Origin: Selaginella moellendorffii | Lineage: Eukaryota > Plantae > Lycopodiophyta | Reading direction: 5' to 3' | Assembly (NCBI RefSeq): GCF_000143415.4 | Contig: NW_003314326.1 | Coordinates: 755,609-819,608 of the forward strand | DNA length: 64,000 nt | Position numbers and translations under genes: made by a program | The notes under the pieces: model-generated | The model's input: only the letters and a program-made list of their open reading frames with translations | What the model was told of the DNA's origin: nothing | The model's database searches: none | Part shown: one piece after another, positions 23,199-34,272 of the stretch | Layout of the letters: each line of letters begins with the position of its first letter | How positions within the stretch are numbered: the first letter of the stretch is position 1

Positions 23199-25199
23199 AT
23201 GGCGGGGCATGAATCGCGGCGCGGGGGCAGCATCGGCTTGCGTCGGAGCTCGTCAGCGCATCATCATCGTGCGGGCGATGCTGCTGGCCCGCATAAGCTG
23301 CTTAGAACGGTCAGCCAGAGGTTGAGACGTCTCATCAGCGGCGAGATCGTTCCCAGTGTCAATCACGGTAGCGGCAGGCTGTTTTTCGGGCGAGACTTCG
23401 ATGATGATCGCCCCGGGGCTGCCAGGATCATCCACCAAGAACAGGCAATAATTGATCATCACACGGGCAAGTCGAGGCCAGGTTTCTTCCTCAACTTCTC
23501 GCCGGGAGAGAGATTTCCAGGAAGAACGCTCCAAGAACAGGAAGAGGAAGAGGCCGAGCTCCCAGAGGAACCCACATCCAGATGCTTTAGCAGGATGAGG
23601 AGCAGCCGCCGCGAGAAGCTACTCGCTTCTTCATTAGATCCAAGCGGCAGCGCTAGAAATCTGTGCCGGGGATGCTTTGGGTCAACGATCCCTCCGGAAG
23701 AGCTGCCGGATTCATCGATGTTTGGACAGGATGATGGCCACCAGCAGCAGCATTCCATCGTGCTCCCGGACGACGTTCTCGAGATGTGCTTGGCGAGGCT
23801 TCCATTCGATTCCCTGGTCCGAGCTCGCGCGGTGTGCAAGAAGTGGAGTTCCTTGACGCGCTCCTCGCATTTCTTGCAGCTCCGGGACAGGATGGGCTCC
23901 CCCCGGCCATGGCTCTTCGTGCTTGGGCTGTCGAGAGATGGAGTGAGCCTGGGCCAGATTCAAGCCTTGGATCCCACTCTCGATCGGTGGCGCTCCATCC
24001 GAGCCGACGCACTGGCGGGGCGTTTGCTCTACTCGGTGGCGTCCAGTGGATCCAAGCTCTTCGTGGTCGGGGGCTGCTCGGCGCGGGCCAGCAGCGACAG
24101 GGAGAAAGGAGGATTCCTCAAGACTCACAGGAGCGTTCTCGTGCTGGATGCTTTCACCGGGCAGTGGAGCAAGGCCGGGATTGGAATGAAGAGCGCGAGG
24201 ACCACTCCCGTGGTGGGAGTTTTCGAGATGACGCAGGGAATCAAGCTCAAGCTCTTCGCAGCTCCAGAGAAGAAGACCACCACCACCACCACCACCACCA
24301 CCAATCACAGGAGGATTGCCAGGAAGCGATCGGCAGAGATTGGTGTCTTCCGGGGATCATCATCGACAGGACCAGGTGGTGGCTCGTCATTCATGGATCA
24401 GATCTCTGCGCGACGCTGGCAGCGAAGTTATAGCTTCCGGGAGCTGACGACGAGCTTGGGATCATCGTCGTCATCCTCGAAACCATCTGGCAGTAGCGGC
24501 AGCGGCAGTGGCAGCAGCAGCGCTTTTGGATTGATCGTCATTGGCGGGGAGGACGAGCGAAACCAGACGCTTTCCAGCGGCGAGGTGTACGACCCATCGT
24601 CCAGCTCGTGGAGGGAGATCGCGGCGTGGCCGTGTACGGATCTTGGATCACTGTGTACGGGGGTGGTGTCCAAAGGCGTGCTTTACTGCTACTCGGACAG
24701 TGACAAGCTCGCGGCGCTGGATCTCGAGCGAAACTCCTGGCACGAGATCGCCATCTCGGCCTCGGGCATTCCCTCGCGAATCCAGGACTATCTCCCCAAG
24801 CTGGTGGTGTGCAAGGGCCGGATCCTTCTCGTGGGCGTCGTCTGGGCATCGAGATCGCAGCACCAGATCAATGGGTTCGAGCAGCAGCAGCCCAAGGCCG
24901 CGAGGAAGATCTGGCGATTGGAGCAGGATCGATCATCCTCCTGGCGGTGGAGCGAGGTGTCGCAGCACCCGGACGCGCCGCTCGACTGGAACGCGGTGTT
25001 CATCGGCCATGGCGACAGGATCTTCGGTGTGGAGATGTTTAAGATCTTCGGGCAGGTGCTGGATTTCGTGACAGTGTGCCAGTTCGCGGGCTCGCGGCGC
25101 AAGCGCGCGAGCTGGGATCGCGCCTCCAAGCAGAGAATGGGGCAGGACGTGGATTCCTCCTCGTGCCTCACCAAAGCAGCAGTCATCGTCCAGCTATAA
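23199..25199 (+). CDS. F-box/kelch-repeat protein, At5g42350 (CFK)-like, single exon, 666 aa
   Basis: F-box LPDDVLEMCLARLPFDSLVRARAVCKKW; kelch repeats (FVVGG, IVIGGEDE...GEVYDP); family-typical C-terminus IFGVEMFKIFGQVLDF.TVC. Confidence 0.92.
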   Translation: MAGHESRRGGSIGLRRSSSAHHHRAGDAAGPHKLLRTVSQRLRRLISGEIVPSVNHGSGRLFFGRDFDDDRPGAARIIHQEQAIIDHHTGKSRPGFFLNFSPGERFPGRTLQEQEEEEAELPEEPTSRCFSRMRSSRREKLLASSLDPSGSARNLCRGCFGSTIPPEELPDSSMFGQDDGHQQQHSIVLPDDVLEMCLARLPFDSLVRARAVCKKWSSLTRSSHFLQLRDRMGSPRPWLFVLGLSRDGVSLGQIQALDPTLDRWRSIRADALAGRLLYSVASSGSKLFVVGGCSARASSDREKGGFLKTHRSVLVLDAFTGQWSKAGIGMKSARTTPVVGVFEMTQGIKLKLFAAPEKKTTTTTTTTTNHRRIARKRSAEIGVFRGSSSTGPGGGSSFMDQISARRWQRSYSFRELTTSLGSSSSSSKPSGSSGSGSGSSSAFGLIVIGGEDERNQTLSSGEVYDPSSSSWREIAAWPCTDLGSLCTGVVSKGVLYCYSDSDKLAALDLERNSWHEIAISASGIPSRIQDYLPKLVVCKGRILLVGVVWASRSQHQINGFEQQQPKAARKIWRLEQDRSSSWRWSEVSQHPDAPLDWNAVFIGHGDRIFGVEMFKIFGQVLDFVTVCQFAGSRRKRASWDRASKQRMGQDVDSSSCLTKAAVIVQL

Positions 25200-25262
25200 A
25201 CCCTAAAAATGTAGAGCTCAAGAACCCTAAAATGCCATAAGCCCTAAAAAAGCCTCCTTTAT

Positions 25263-26628
25263 TTACAGTATTGTGCAGCGCGAGTTCTTCATCTTTTCCT
25301 CGAATTCCTTCTCCCTGCGCTTGAATTCCTTCTCGAATCGCTTGCGCTCCTCCTCGAGCTTGATGCGCTCCTGCTCGAATCGCGCGCGCTCCGACTCGGC
25401 GTGCCTGCGCTGCTCCTCGGCGCGCTTGCACTGCTCCTCCATTTTGGCCTCGGCCGCTATCGCGCTGCGCTTGGATTCCTCCGCGAGCTCCCGCAATTTG
25501 GCCAGCTCCTCCTCTTGCTCGGCCTTGTCCTTCTCGTAGCTCTCCCGCAGTTCATTGATCTGCCAGTGAAGCGAGAGTTCTCTTAGCGCGCAGTGAGAAG
25601 AAAATTTGAAGATATAAAAGAGAACCTTTTGGGGGAAATTTTGCTCCAGCTGAGAGAGTCGATTCTCCATGCTCTCTTTCTTCTCTCGTGCTTCTTCTTG
25701 AGCCTGGAATCAATCCATTGGAAATTTGGGAGAATGCGAGATACGCGAACTCTTACCTTGGCCAGCTCGAAGATCTCGGTGGTGTAAGGTATGCGGCTGT
25801 TGGCAGTGATCATCTTGTCAACAATCTCGAGAAGATCTCTCCGCTGCGCCTCCAGCTTTCTCTTGTCCTTGGATTTGTTGTCAAACAAAATCTTTCGATC
25901 GCCACACCGGTGGAGAAGATCCTGGAAACAAAAGAAGAACACTTTGAAGAACATTGCTGCAAAGGTGAGTACCTTGAGAGCTCCAGGAGTGCCATTCTGA
26001 GATAAGACTCCTCCAGTGACGTTCCATCGCCATCGTCTTCGAGCGCGTCACCATTGGTAAAGACGACGACGACGTAGTTCAAGACCCCGGATCCAAACAT
26101 CTTCTCAAACGCATCCACGGCAGCGAATTCCTCCTCCGTGAACTTCGACTTGGCCGAGAGCACGAGGAGGATTCCGTGAAGCCCATCGCCAGCCAAATCC
26201 ATACACTTGCCAATCTCTCTCGCGATCGACTTGGAATCGAGGGCGGTGTCAAACATCCCTGGAAAGGAGAATCTCTAGCAAAAAGAAACTGCAAGCAAAT
26301 CGCAGGTACCTGGAGTGTCGATGACGCGAATGCGTCGTCCATCGGGCCGTGTGATCTGCCCAAGCTCGCACACGCGCGTCACGGAGCCAAGGGACATCCT
26401 GGAGTTGAATCTCTTGCCGCCGAGGATGGAATTCCCTGTGGCGCTCTTGCCACTGCCGGTTTTGCCCACCAGCACAAGCGTGGTGCTGCTAGAATCGCGA
26501 GGAGAGATTACCTCGGTGTCGCTCTTGGGAGCCTTGTAATTGGAGAAAGCTATGCGATCGCTGCGAATCGGGGCGTCGTAGTCGCCGCCGCCGTTGCTGG
26601 GAACGTCTTCCCAGTCGCTAAGATCCAT
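25263..26628 (-). CDS. AIG1/IAN (GIMAP) immune-associated GTPase with coiled-coil tail and CaaX box
   Basis: [20 protein letters not shown] (G1), VIDTPG (G3), [15 protein letters not shown]; coiled coil; C-terminal CTIL; short GT-AG introns. Confidence 0.92.
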
Positions 26629-26986
26629 CGTCCTTCCCTGACCTAAAAGGAAAGATCCTTACAAACAAGCTAAATTTGCAAATGGGTTATGAAAATCGAA
26701 AGGGAATTCTCTAAGATAGAGTTGTCATTTCCGGGACTCACAAATTTTAATCAGGAAATTGGAAGTTATTGAGATCCAGGCATAACACAACGACAAAAGC
26801 GAATTAGCAGCTGACATGTGAAGATCTTTGCCTTTACATTTTGAAGAAACTGGAAGTATTGCATAGAACGAAGTCAACAAGAACTTAAGAGCTCCACTTA
26901 AGGCCTGGAAAACCATTTGTCTGGATGGTAGGCTCTCTCTTTTTCTTCGAACAAAGCACCACCATTACCATTTCTTCGATCTCAGG

Positions 26987-27830
26987 ATGGGAAACGGTTG
27001 GTCGGATTTGCCACTTGACATTTTCCACAAGATCTTCGAGCTGAGCCTTCAAGCGGAACTTGCTGGCATTGTCAAGTTTGTAAGCCGTGGAGGAGCAATA
27101 CTTCGAGGCGCTGCTTTCAACAACTTAACATCTTCTGGCTAGAAGCGAACCTCTGCAGGAAGCACAAGAGACAGCTCTTGCACTGCGACTGCATTATCTC
27201 GTCTCCAAGAGGTCCACACTCTCAAGCTCCACAGCGTCCACAAGGCCTTGCAAGCTTCCAAGCTGACAGACTCCGCCTGGATTAACACGGCAAGCTCGCT
27301 GCGAGAGTTGGATCTCGTCCCGTGAACTTCCGAGTCTTGGGGCACATCGACCTTGAATCACTCAAGATCAAGTGCTTGCCAGTCATGGCACCGGACAGTG
27401 ACGAGATTACTCCCGGGGCGTTGTCTTGAGCAAGCTCCACACGCTGGCGATGGACATAGCGGCACCGGCTCAAGGTCATGGAAAAGTTTCTGGAGCTCTG
27501 CCCAAAGCCCATCAAGTTTGTCATGCAAGGCCGCCACAGCTGGAAGCTTGTGCTCTTTATGTCCGACCACATCTGACGAGCAAGGTCGTGGTGGTGGCCC
27601 GGGGATAGCAAAACTCGAGCACACGAAAGGTGGTGGTAGACTCGCTCAAGCGGGTGGTGCTGTGGCCGAATATCATCTCGGAAACAATTTCTCTATAGAA
27701 GTGGTGCTGACTCTACATCACTGGGAGGAATCGCAAAATTCCTAGCGGTCAAGATGACTTTGGTAATACTTTCTCGGAGTCTGGGAAGTTGTATGTCGCT
27801 GTGGAGGAGCGTGCTGTCCAAGCTAGTCGA
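26987..27830 (+). pseudogene. Degenerate F-box (LRR/FBD-like) gene
   Basis: MGNGWSDLPLDIFHKIFELSL...VKFVSR F-box start, then leucine-repeat-like segments (LQEVHTLKL, SLRELDL) broken by stops and frameshifts. Confidence 0.55.
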
Positions 27831-28181
27831 ACGTTTTTTCTTTTCACCCAGACCCAAAACTAGGTGCATTATATCTCGATCGCGTTTCACATTCAAGGGC
27901 CTGGTCGTGATAGATATAACGTTGTCCGATCGTTTTTCCCTGTCCTAGGGCGAGAGAAGAAAACGACCTTCAAGCGTGGGAACAGCGCAAAGAGAAGCGC
28001 GAGGAGGCTAGATGATGGGTGAGTCTTTTTTTCTTTCCTCCTTCTCCATGGCTGCGATTTTTTTCCGCTTGTGAGGCAGTACCGGAGAATGTTGTTGCTC
28101 GATCGAGAGCCAGAGTCAAGATCGATGAGCGCGCGGCTCGGGCTGTCGAGCAGAAGCTGCTGCGATTCTCTTTGTTCACAG

Positions 28182-29171
28182 GGGACGAGGAAGATCAGGA
28201 GCTTACGCCGAGCGAGCTCATCATCGGTGATTGTCCCAACGCAGAAGCTTTCTCCCGGTGAGAAACTAGAAATAGGCAGGCGCTCCTAACGCAAGTCTGC
28301 TTTTTTCGCTTTTTTTTCCAGGTGGGAATCAGGGCATAAGCGGTTTATCTGCGACTTCCTCGGCGGCAAAATCATCGCAAGGGAGCTCCCGAACAAACCC
28401 CATGGCCACGCTCAGCTGAAGGTGGGAGCTGCTTTTGATGCACAAGCAGCTGGATTGCTGTCCGTGGCTACAACTGTTGGGTATAGACCAGATTTCGGAG
28501 GAAGTCTCTATGTGCCTGATGTGGTTGTCAATGTTATTGGTGAGAGTAGTATTCTTCCACCAGGGGTGGCGGCAGTGCACGAGTATGGAGCCATCGTCGT
28601 AGAGATCGCTACATCACAAAGGCCGAAGAATCTCCATGAGCGCGCAGCTATCTTCTTGGGACCTAATTACCCTCGATGTGCTATTTACGTGGGTCTCAAG
28701 CGTTTCAATATGAGAGCCAATGGCACCATGGCCATGCTCGCTACAGTTTATGAACGACCGCCACCACCAGTAGCTGGAGTTGGAGGAGGAGTCGGAGGGG
28801 CGGCTGGAGGAGGTGGAGGACCAGGGCCGGCTGGGCCTGCTCCAGCCGTGCCTGTTCCAGGTGCGCCTGGCGGAGCAGGGCCGATGCCCATACGCTTAGT
28901 CTCCTTTGGCACAGGACCCTTGGGACCAAATGCGACTTGGAAAAATGACCCGAATCTCACAGGCATTGGAAGGAATGGAGTTCCGTTGACCGGACCTGGA
29001 ATTGCACAGTACATCCTACGCTTTCCAGCACTTCAGGTTTTTTCGACTTTCGTCCCTCCTGGGGGAGGAGGAGCAATAGGAGCTCCCCCACCTGGAGCTC
29101 CTGTTGATTATACGTTAGATCTCTTTTACGTTAAGGAGGCTTTTCTCAAGCCGAATGCACCAACGTATTAG
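28182..29171 (+). CDS. Uma2/DUF820-like PD-(D/E)XK restriction-endonuclease-fold protein (Crinkler/CR-REase type); 5' exons uncertain, possibly from ~27949
   Basis: Intron 28258-28321 joins ...AEAFSR/WESGHKRFICDFLGGKIIARELPNKPHG...YVPDVVV...AIVVEIATSQ...LHERAAIFL...IYVGLKRF...SFGTGPL...LDLFYV, open to the stop at 29171; P..H, PD and VVEI.S motifs of Uma2-like nucleases. Confidence 0.7.
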
Positions 29172-29743
29172 AAATTGAGTGTAGTAGTATTGGAGAACTT
29201 TATAATCTTAGACTATAGTCTACTGCATTGATTTCTCTTTGTATCTTTGGCGTGGATGAAAAATTCTGAGCGTGTATGTCAATATGTCGAAGTGAAAGTT
29301 GGTATTTTGCTTGTTCATGTTCCTTTATGCATTTGTCTGCCAATGGTAGTGAGACAATGGTGTGGTGAAAAAAATAAAACAAAGTAGAAATAGAAAAATG
29401 AGAAGAAACAAAAAGATCATGGCGTGTAACAAGGAACTTTGCAATATCTCACAATAAGAAGCATTAAAGTTGTTTAGCAAAATGGGTGTCAATCTAAAAT
29501 GTAGCAGTAAGCTTGTTATAAAGATGGCATTTGAGCAGCCTAGTGGTTGTCTGTAATATTGCATTACAGCATACGTTGATCAATATCTTTATAATTTTCA
29601 GACACATAGCTCCAACTTTAGAAAAAAATTTGTAAATGGGACAAAAAACACAAATTGTAATCACCATATTAAAATAGTACAGATTTAACATTAAAATGGC
29701 ATAATAAATATAGTTATTTTTCTTAAGAAAACCTATATAACAG

Positions 29744-30941
29744 TAGTGGATATATCTAGAATATGCTTGGATATTTTACCATCCAATGGTTATTATTTAT
29801 TTAGATTAATTTTGTATATATAATTTATAAATATATTTTTAGTTTAGTATATTTAGTTTATTTACCATCTAATGGTTGATATGAAATAAAATATCTTGTG
29901 TTTATAAATTATGAAAATGTTTATAATTATAAAATTCCAATTTATCAATTTAATTAATAAATAATACTAGATATGAATAGCACTACATACAAGATCCATG
30001 AAACAATCGTGTTCAATCTATTTTATAAAAGGAAAACACACTTAAATTGGTTTTCAATTCAAAAGGGTTTTACATATAGCAAAGACTCAACTTTCTTTGT
30101 GTACAATCACAACTCCTTTCACCACTGTTATGGTAAATAGGATCTACCTGGTAAAAACCCTAAAAACAAAATTATGTTAAAATATTTTTAAAAACTATTA
30201 TAGTATTACTATTATCTGTTTATTTAACTATAAATTCATCCATAACATGCCATTTTATGTATAAGTAAAATGCTTACATAAATATAAATATAAGAAATGA
30301 CTATTAGTTACTAAGTATAAAATTCTTAAAATTTTAAAACAGATTATTCTTAATACATAAGTGAAGTACTTTAAATAAAAAGTTATATAAAAAAAATACT
30401 CAAATTATTTCTGACAGAAAGTTACATTTTTATTTTTAATTGCAATTTTTTGTATGATGGAAAAATTATTATTAAAAATATGATTTCTTGTCAGACTTTT
30501 TATGAATAATTAATTTTTATTATTTTATTAAATTAGTTTGAAAAAAGTTAAGTAGCATATACATGGCATTTCTTGGTCTATCATAGGTTGAAGTAGATAG
30601 CCTGGGCACTAGAAAATACTTACACAACTTGGATGGTGGAACATGCACACAGAAACCCTATCCTTAGGATCTTATGAGCTTTATGCTATCCACTCAGAAC
30701 AAGTCAACAATACTTACGCTACGTTCTAGATGGTGGCGTTTTTCTATCATGAAAGACTATGGCCATCGTGAAGAGCTGATGCCTTTGCATGGCAAACAAA
30801 AAGAGGTGTACATCAAAGAAATCAGTGAAATCATTTTGGGCAAGATTCACAAGTTGATACATTTTAACAAAAAAGTTTAGATGCATAATATGTGATGCAT
30901 CACAATGTATCAACTAGAATATCCCTAGAATATATCCACTA
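29744..30941. mobile_element. Putative non-autonomous AT-rich TIR element
   Basis: TAGTGGATATATCTAG at 29744 and CTAGAATATATCCACTA ending 30941; flanks AACAG / TACAG; a related end occurs at 21265-21376. Confidence 0.45.
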
Positions 30942-31016
30942 TACAGCATTAGCCTTCGATAAACCCTATACTAAGACTCCTAATATACTATTGCTTCTTG
31001 GATTTAGATTTGGGGG

Positions 31017-31210
31017 GTTGGGTTGTGCCAGGCTAAGGCGGTAGTGTAAGGCCGAAGCGACACGTGGAGGACCGGGTAGCAAGCTACCGGTGGTCCCCCT
31101 CCCACAAAAAATTAGGTTAATAGCATTGGGGCACGTGGCCCCATATCAGCTATTAAACTGATAAGAACAGATACTACACTTGATCTTAGCCAAAAGGCCG
31201 AGAAAGGTAT
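31017..31210 (-). ncRNA. U2: U2 spliceosomal snRNA
   Basis: Minus strand starts ATACCTTTCTCGGCCTTTTGGCTAAGATCAAGTGTAGTATCTGTTCTTATCAG (branch-site pairing GTAGTA); Sm site AATTTTTGTG; 3' stem-loops present. Confidence 0.97.
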
Positions 31211-31235
31211 GAGCTTCTTTTGTCCCAGCCCTCTC

Positions 31236-31282
31236 TTATATACTCAAGCCCGGGCACGATTCTACGCCTTCGCATGTGGGAT
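31236..31282 (-). promoter_or_regulatory. snRNA promoter: USE plus TATA
   Basis: Minus-strand ATCCCACATG (31282-31273; plant USE RTCCCACATCG) and TATATAA (31242-31236), about 30 bp apart, consistent with Pol II-type spacing. Confidence 0.85.
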
Positions 31283-31347
31283 AGGGCGCACGCCTACGTG
31301 TCTCACCCTAAGTAGGGCACAGACATTTAGAAACCCTAAGCTTTATT

Positions 31348-32537
31348 TCAATCCCATTCTTTTCGAATCTCAAACGAATAGCTCAAATCCAAGTAGCATC
31401 GCTTGTCATCGTCGAGGAACTGCAGCGCACATCGAAGGAAAAATGAAAAAGGTAAGAACAATCTCTGGAACACGAAAATTTGAGCTTGCCTTCATCTTGG
31501 CCGAGTAATTTCCCCTCGCAAGGATCCCGCTCGGTGTCGTCTCCTCATCGATCGTGTGTGTGTACGGGTCCTGCTGCGGAGCAAAAGTTCCAAGCATTTT
31601 TCTCGTTTGATCGACTGCAGAACGGAGGTTTGAGTCAGAGCTGAAGTTCTTAAAAGTGGAAAGCGAAAAAGAATCAAGGACGTACCTCTCAGGCCATTCT
31701 TCCAGACGGTGTTCGAGTAGACGAGGCCCGAGACGAGGTTGTGGTGAACCGAGAATGTAAACTTGAGGCAGTAGCTGGTGCCTTCTTTCAAGCTGAAAGA
31801 GCTCCCCCGCGAATTTGGAACCAGCGGCAATGGAACAATCACGTCGGGTCGCCCCTCTACGATCACTGTGAGGGAACTGAGCCTGACCTCCGGCTCCAGT
31901 CGCTCTATCCCTCGCAACAAAGAAACAGAAGAAAAAAAAAACATCGACAATCTCGTCAGCTTTGATGTGCTGCATGATCATGAGCTTACCTTACCATCGA
32001 ACGATTCAACACGGAGAGAACCCAGGAGCTGTTCCTTCCAGCGTCGCAAGCTCTCATCATCCTGTGTTAGACAAAAACAAACACCACTGTTTAGAGTAAA
32101 TAGTTTCCAGTACAGACCCAACTCACTCTCGAGACAAGTGATAAGAACTAACTCTTCCCTAAACCCACGAAAGTTTGATCACAGAGATCCATCTCTCGAC
32201 AAGCTAAAGATCATGGAAAATGATTTAAAATGCTCTGACAGGAAACTTTTTCCATAACGGATGAAACATTTTGGGGAGTCTAAAATCATTCGAGATCATG
32301 GATGGGAGGAAAACATACCTTGTCGCGCTCGATGTGATCCCTGAGCGGTACCAGAGGCCCCAAATACCCCTCGGCAAGCTTGGAATCTTCCTCATCCGAC
32401 TCGCACAGCGACACACGGCTCAGCTGCCTCTGGAGCCCCTCTGCCCCACCTCCAGAGCATCCAGCCGTGGCGGCGGTGGCGCCAGCGGCGGCACCAGCGG
32501 CGGCGGCGACCCCATCGCTGCCTATGAATCCGTTCAT
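31348..32537 (-). CDS. Rho/ROP GDP-dissociation inhibitor (RhoGDI)
   Basis: LGPLVPLRDHIERDK/DDESLRRWKEQLLG, FSLKEGTSYCLKFTFSVHHNLVSGL, MLGTFAPQQDPY...TPSGILARGNYSAK, FLDDDKRCYLDLSYSFEIRKEWD*. Confidence 0.93.
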
Positions 32538-32719
32538 CCTGCACTGGAACCGATGGATCACACCCTCACAAGCTCATTAGCCTAGCGAGCGGCGATCTGT
32601 GAGGAAATGCTGGAATGGAGCTCCCGAAACCCCGATCGATCGATGCCTGGACGAAATATCGGTGATGGATCGAAGAATCGAAGAAGCGCTTGGTGGAAGG
32701 AATGAAAGAACCTAAAACC

Positions 32720-32743
32720 GAGAGAGAGAGAGAGAGAGAGAGA
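32720..32743. repeat. (GA)n microsatellite in a divergent promoter region
   Basis: About 12 GA units between the RhoGDI and SWIB gene starts. Confidence 0.9.
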
Positions 32744-32857
32744 AAGGGGTAAAAAATTTGAATTACCAGCGTGTGAGCGGGGGATCGAACTCGAGAAACT
32801 TAGCGCATTAATTTGCCCTAGTCCCAGTTAGAAAGTTTAGGTTTAGAATCCATTAGA

Positions 32858-34195
32858 ATGCGCAAGGACGAGGATGGCCGCGCCGCGATGCCGCCCGACG
32901 CAGCGATCGCCAAGCGCGTCAGGGAGATTCTCGCCAGCGCCAATCTCAGCGAGGTTTCTTCCAAAGACATTCGCAAGCAAATGGAGGAGGAGATGGGCGT
33001 GAGCTTGAGGTCGAAGAAGGCGTTTCTTCGCGAGCAGATTGAGAGTTTCATGGCCGAGGCGGAGGATTCCGGCGAAGGCGAAGCGGAGGAGGCTGCCGAT
33101 GCCGAAGCCAGTGGCGATGGAGATGGAGATTCCAGGCTCCGGGACAAGCTCCACTCCGCAATTCGAGAGAGGTAAATTTTTTCTTCCTCATACGTTGATA
33201 AAACATGGCTTGAGAAATTCCCCTTCTTTCTCATCAGTGCTCCATCCAAGAAAACAAAGAAGAAAGGACTGACTGGACTCCAAAAGCCTTGCCAATTGTC
33301 AGATGTGCTGGAAGCTATCGTCGGCATTCCACAAGCTCCAAGGTCACAGGTTTGTGATATCTTCACTCTGGATTGACGATGTTTCTATTTTCTTGGCTTC
33401 CAGGTTGTGAAATCTCTCTGGGCTTACATCCGCGAGCACAATCTCCAGGTGCCCGAGGACAAGAGGAAGATCAAATGCGATGAAGCGCTCAAAAAGGTTT
33501 TTAATTCCGACTACATTGACATGTTCTCCATGAACCAGAAGCTCACCAAGCATGTCATCCCTCTCGACGGTGAGCTTTGCTTTCCAAAAATCCTCTCGCT
33601 GATGAGAACTTGGCAGAGCTGGTGTACGAAGCTGGAGCCGCGAGTAAGGGGTTTTGGAGTTGTGCTTCATCGTTTCTACTGACTGGATTACCTTGCAGAG
33701 AGGAAGATCAAAGACGAAGAAGAAGATGAAGATGGTAAAGAAGGATTAGCCGAGAGGGCTGTAGATCGGGAAACCAGAGCTGCTAACAGACTTGCTCGGA
33801 AGCGAAAGGCAGAAGAGCGAGCTGAGAAAAAGGAAGAGGCCAAAAAAGCCAGGAAAGCTGCTGGCAAGAGCCCCAAAGTGTCTGGATTCACAGTTCCCAT
33901 GAAGATCTCTCCAAAGCTTAGAGAATTCTTGGGAACGGAGGAGAGCCAACTCTCGAGGCCGGAAGTGACGAAGCAGCTGTGGGATTACATCAAAAGCAAT
34001 CAGCTCCAAGTAAGTTTGAAAAATTCGGATCTCTTCTCGATGAGAAGGAACCATTCTTTTGATCAGGATCCTTCGGACAGGAGGAAGATCTTGTGCGATG
34101 AAAAGCTCGAGAAGCTGCTGGATTGCAAGTCGTTCAATGGTTTCGGTGGTCTTCCCAAGTTGCTGCAAGCTCATCTGACAAGCACTCGTAAGTAA
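32858..34195 (+). CDS. DEK-C plus double SWIB/MDM2 domain protein (UAF30/Spp27-like)
   Basis: N-terminal DEK-C (IAKRVREILASANLSEVSSKDIRKQMEE); SWIB1 (LWAYIREHNLQVPEDKRKIKCD); SWIB2 (RPEVTKQLWDYIKSNQLQ/DPSDRRKILCD). Confidence 0.9.
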
Positions 34196-34272
34196 CAACA
34201 ATGGAAAGAGGAGGCGATTTTGATAGCTGCTACAAACTCTTCGGTAAATTATTCTCTGTACATACAGATTTC

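Noticed and set aside
23253-25186. Many antisense and alternate-frame ORFs over the F-box/kelch gene (likewise over PUS, bHLH and 35978-36823)
   Set aside because: Expected shadows of GC-rich coding sequence; no recognisable motifs.
25198-25250. Repeated AAACCCTA motifs (also 38250-38272 and 47850-47945) as interstitial telomere or telomerase RNA template
   Set aside because: Isolated telo-box-like motifs are common near plant genes; no tandem array or snRNA-type promoter.
21265-29940. One giant TIR transposon carrying the F-box/kelch, AIG1 and nuclease genes
   Set aside because: No shared TSD seen, the cargo includes a conserved intact gene, and the right-hand repeat pairs better with 30925-30941. 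Two independent insertions are simpler.
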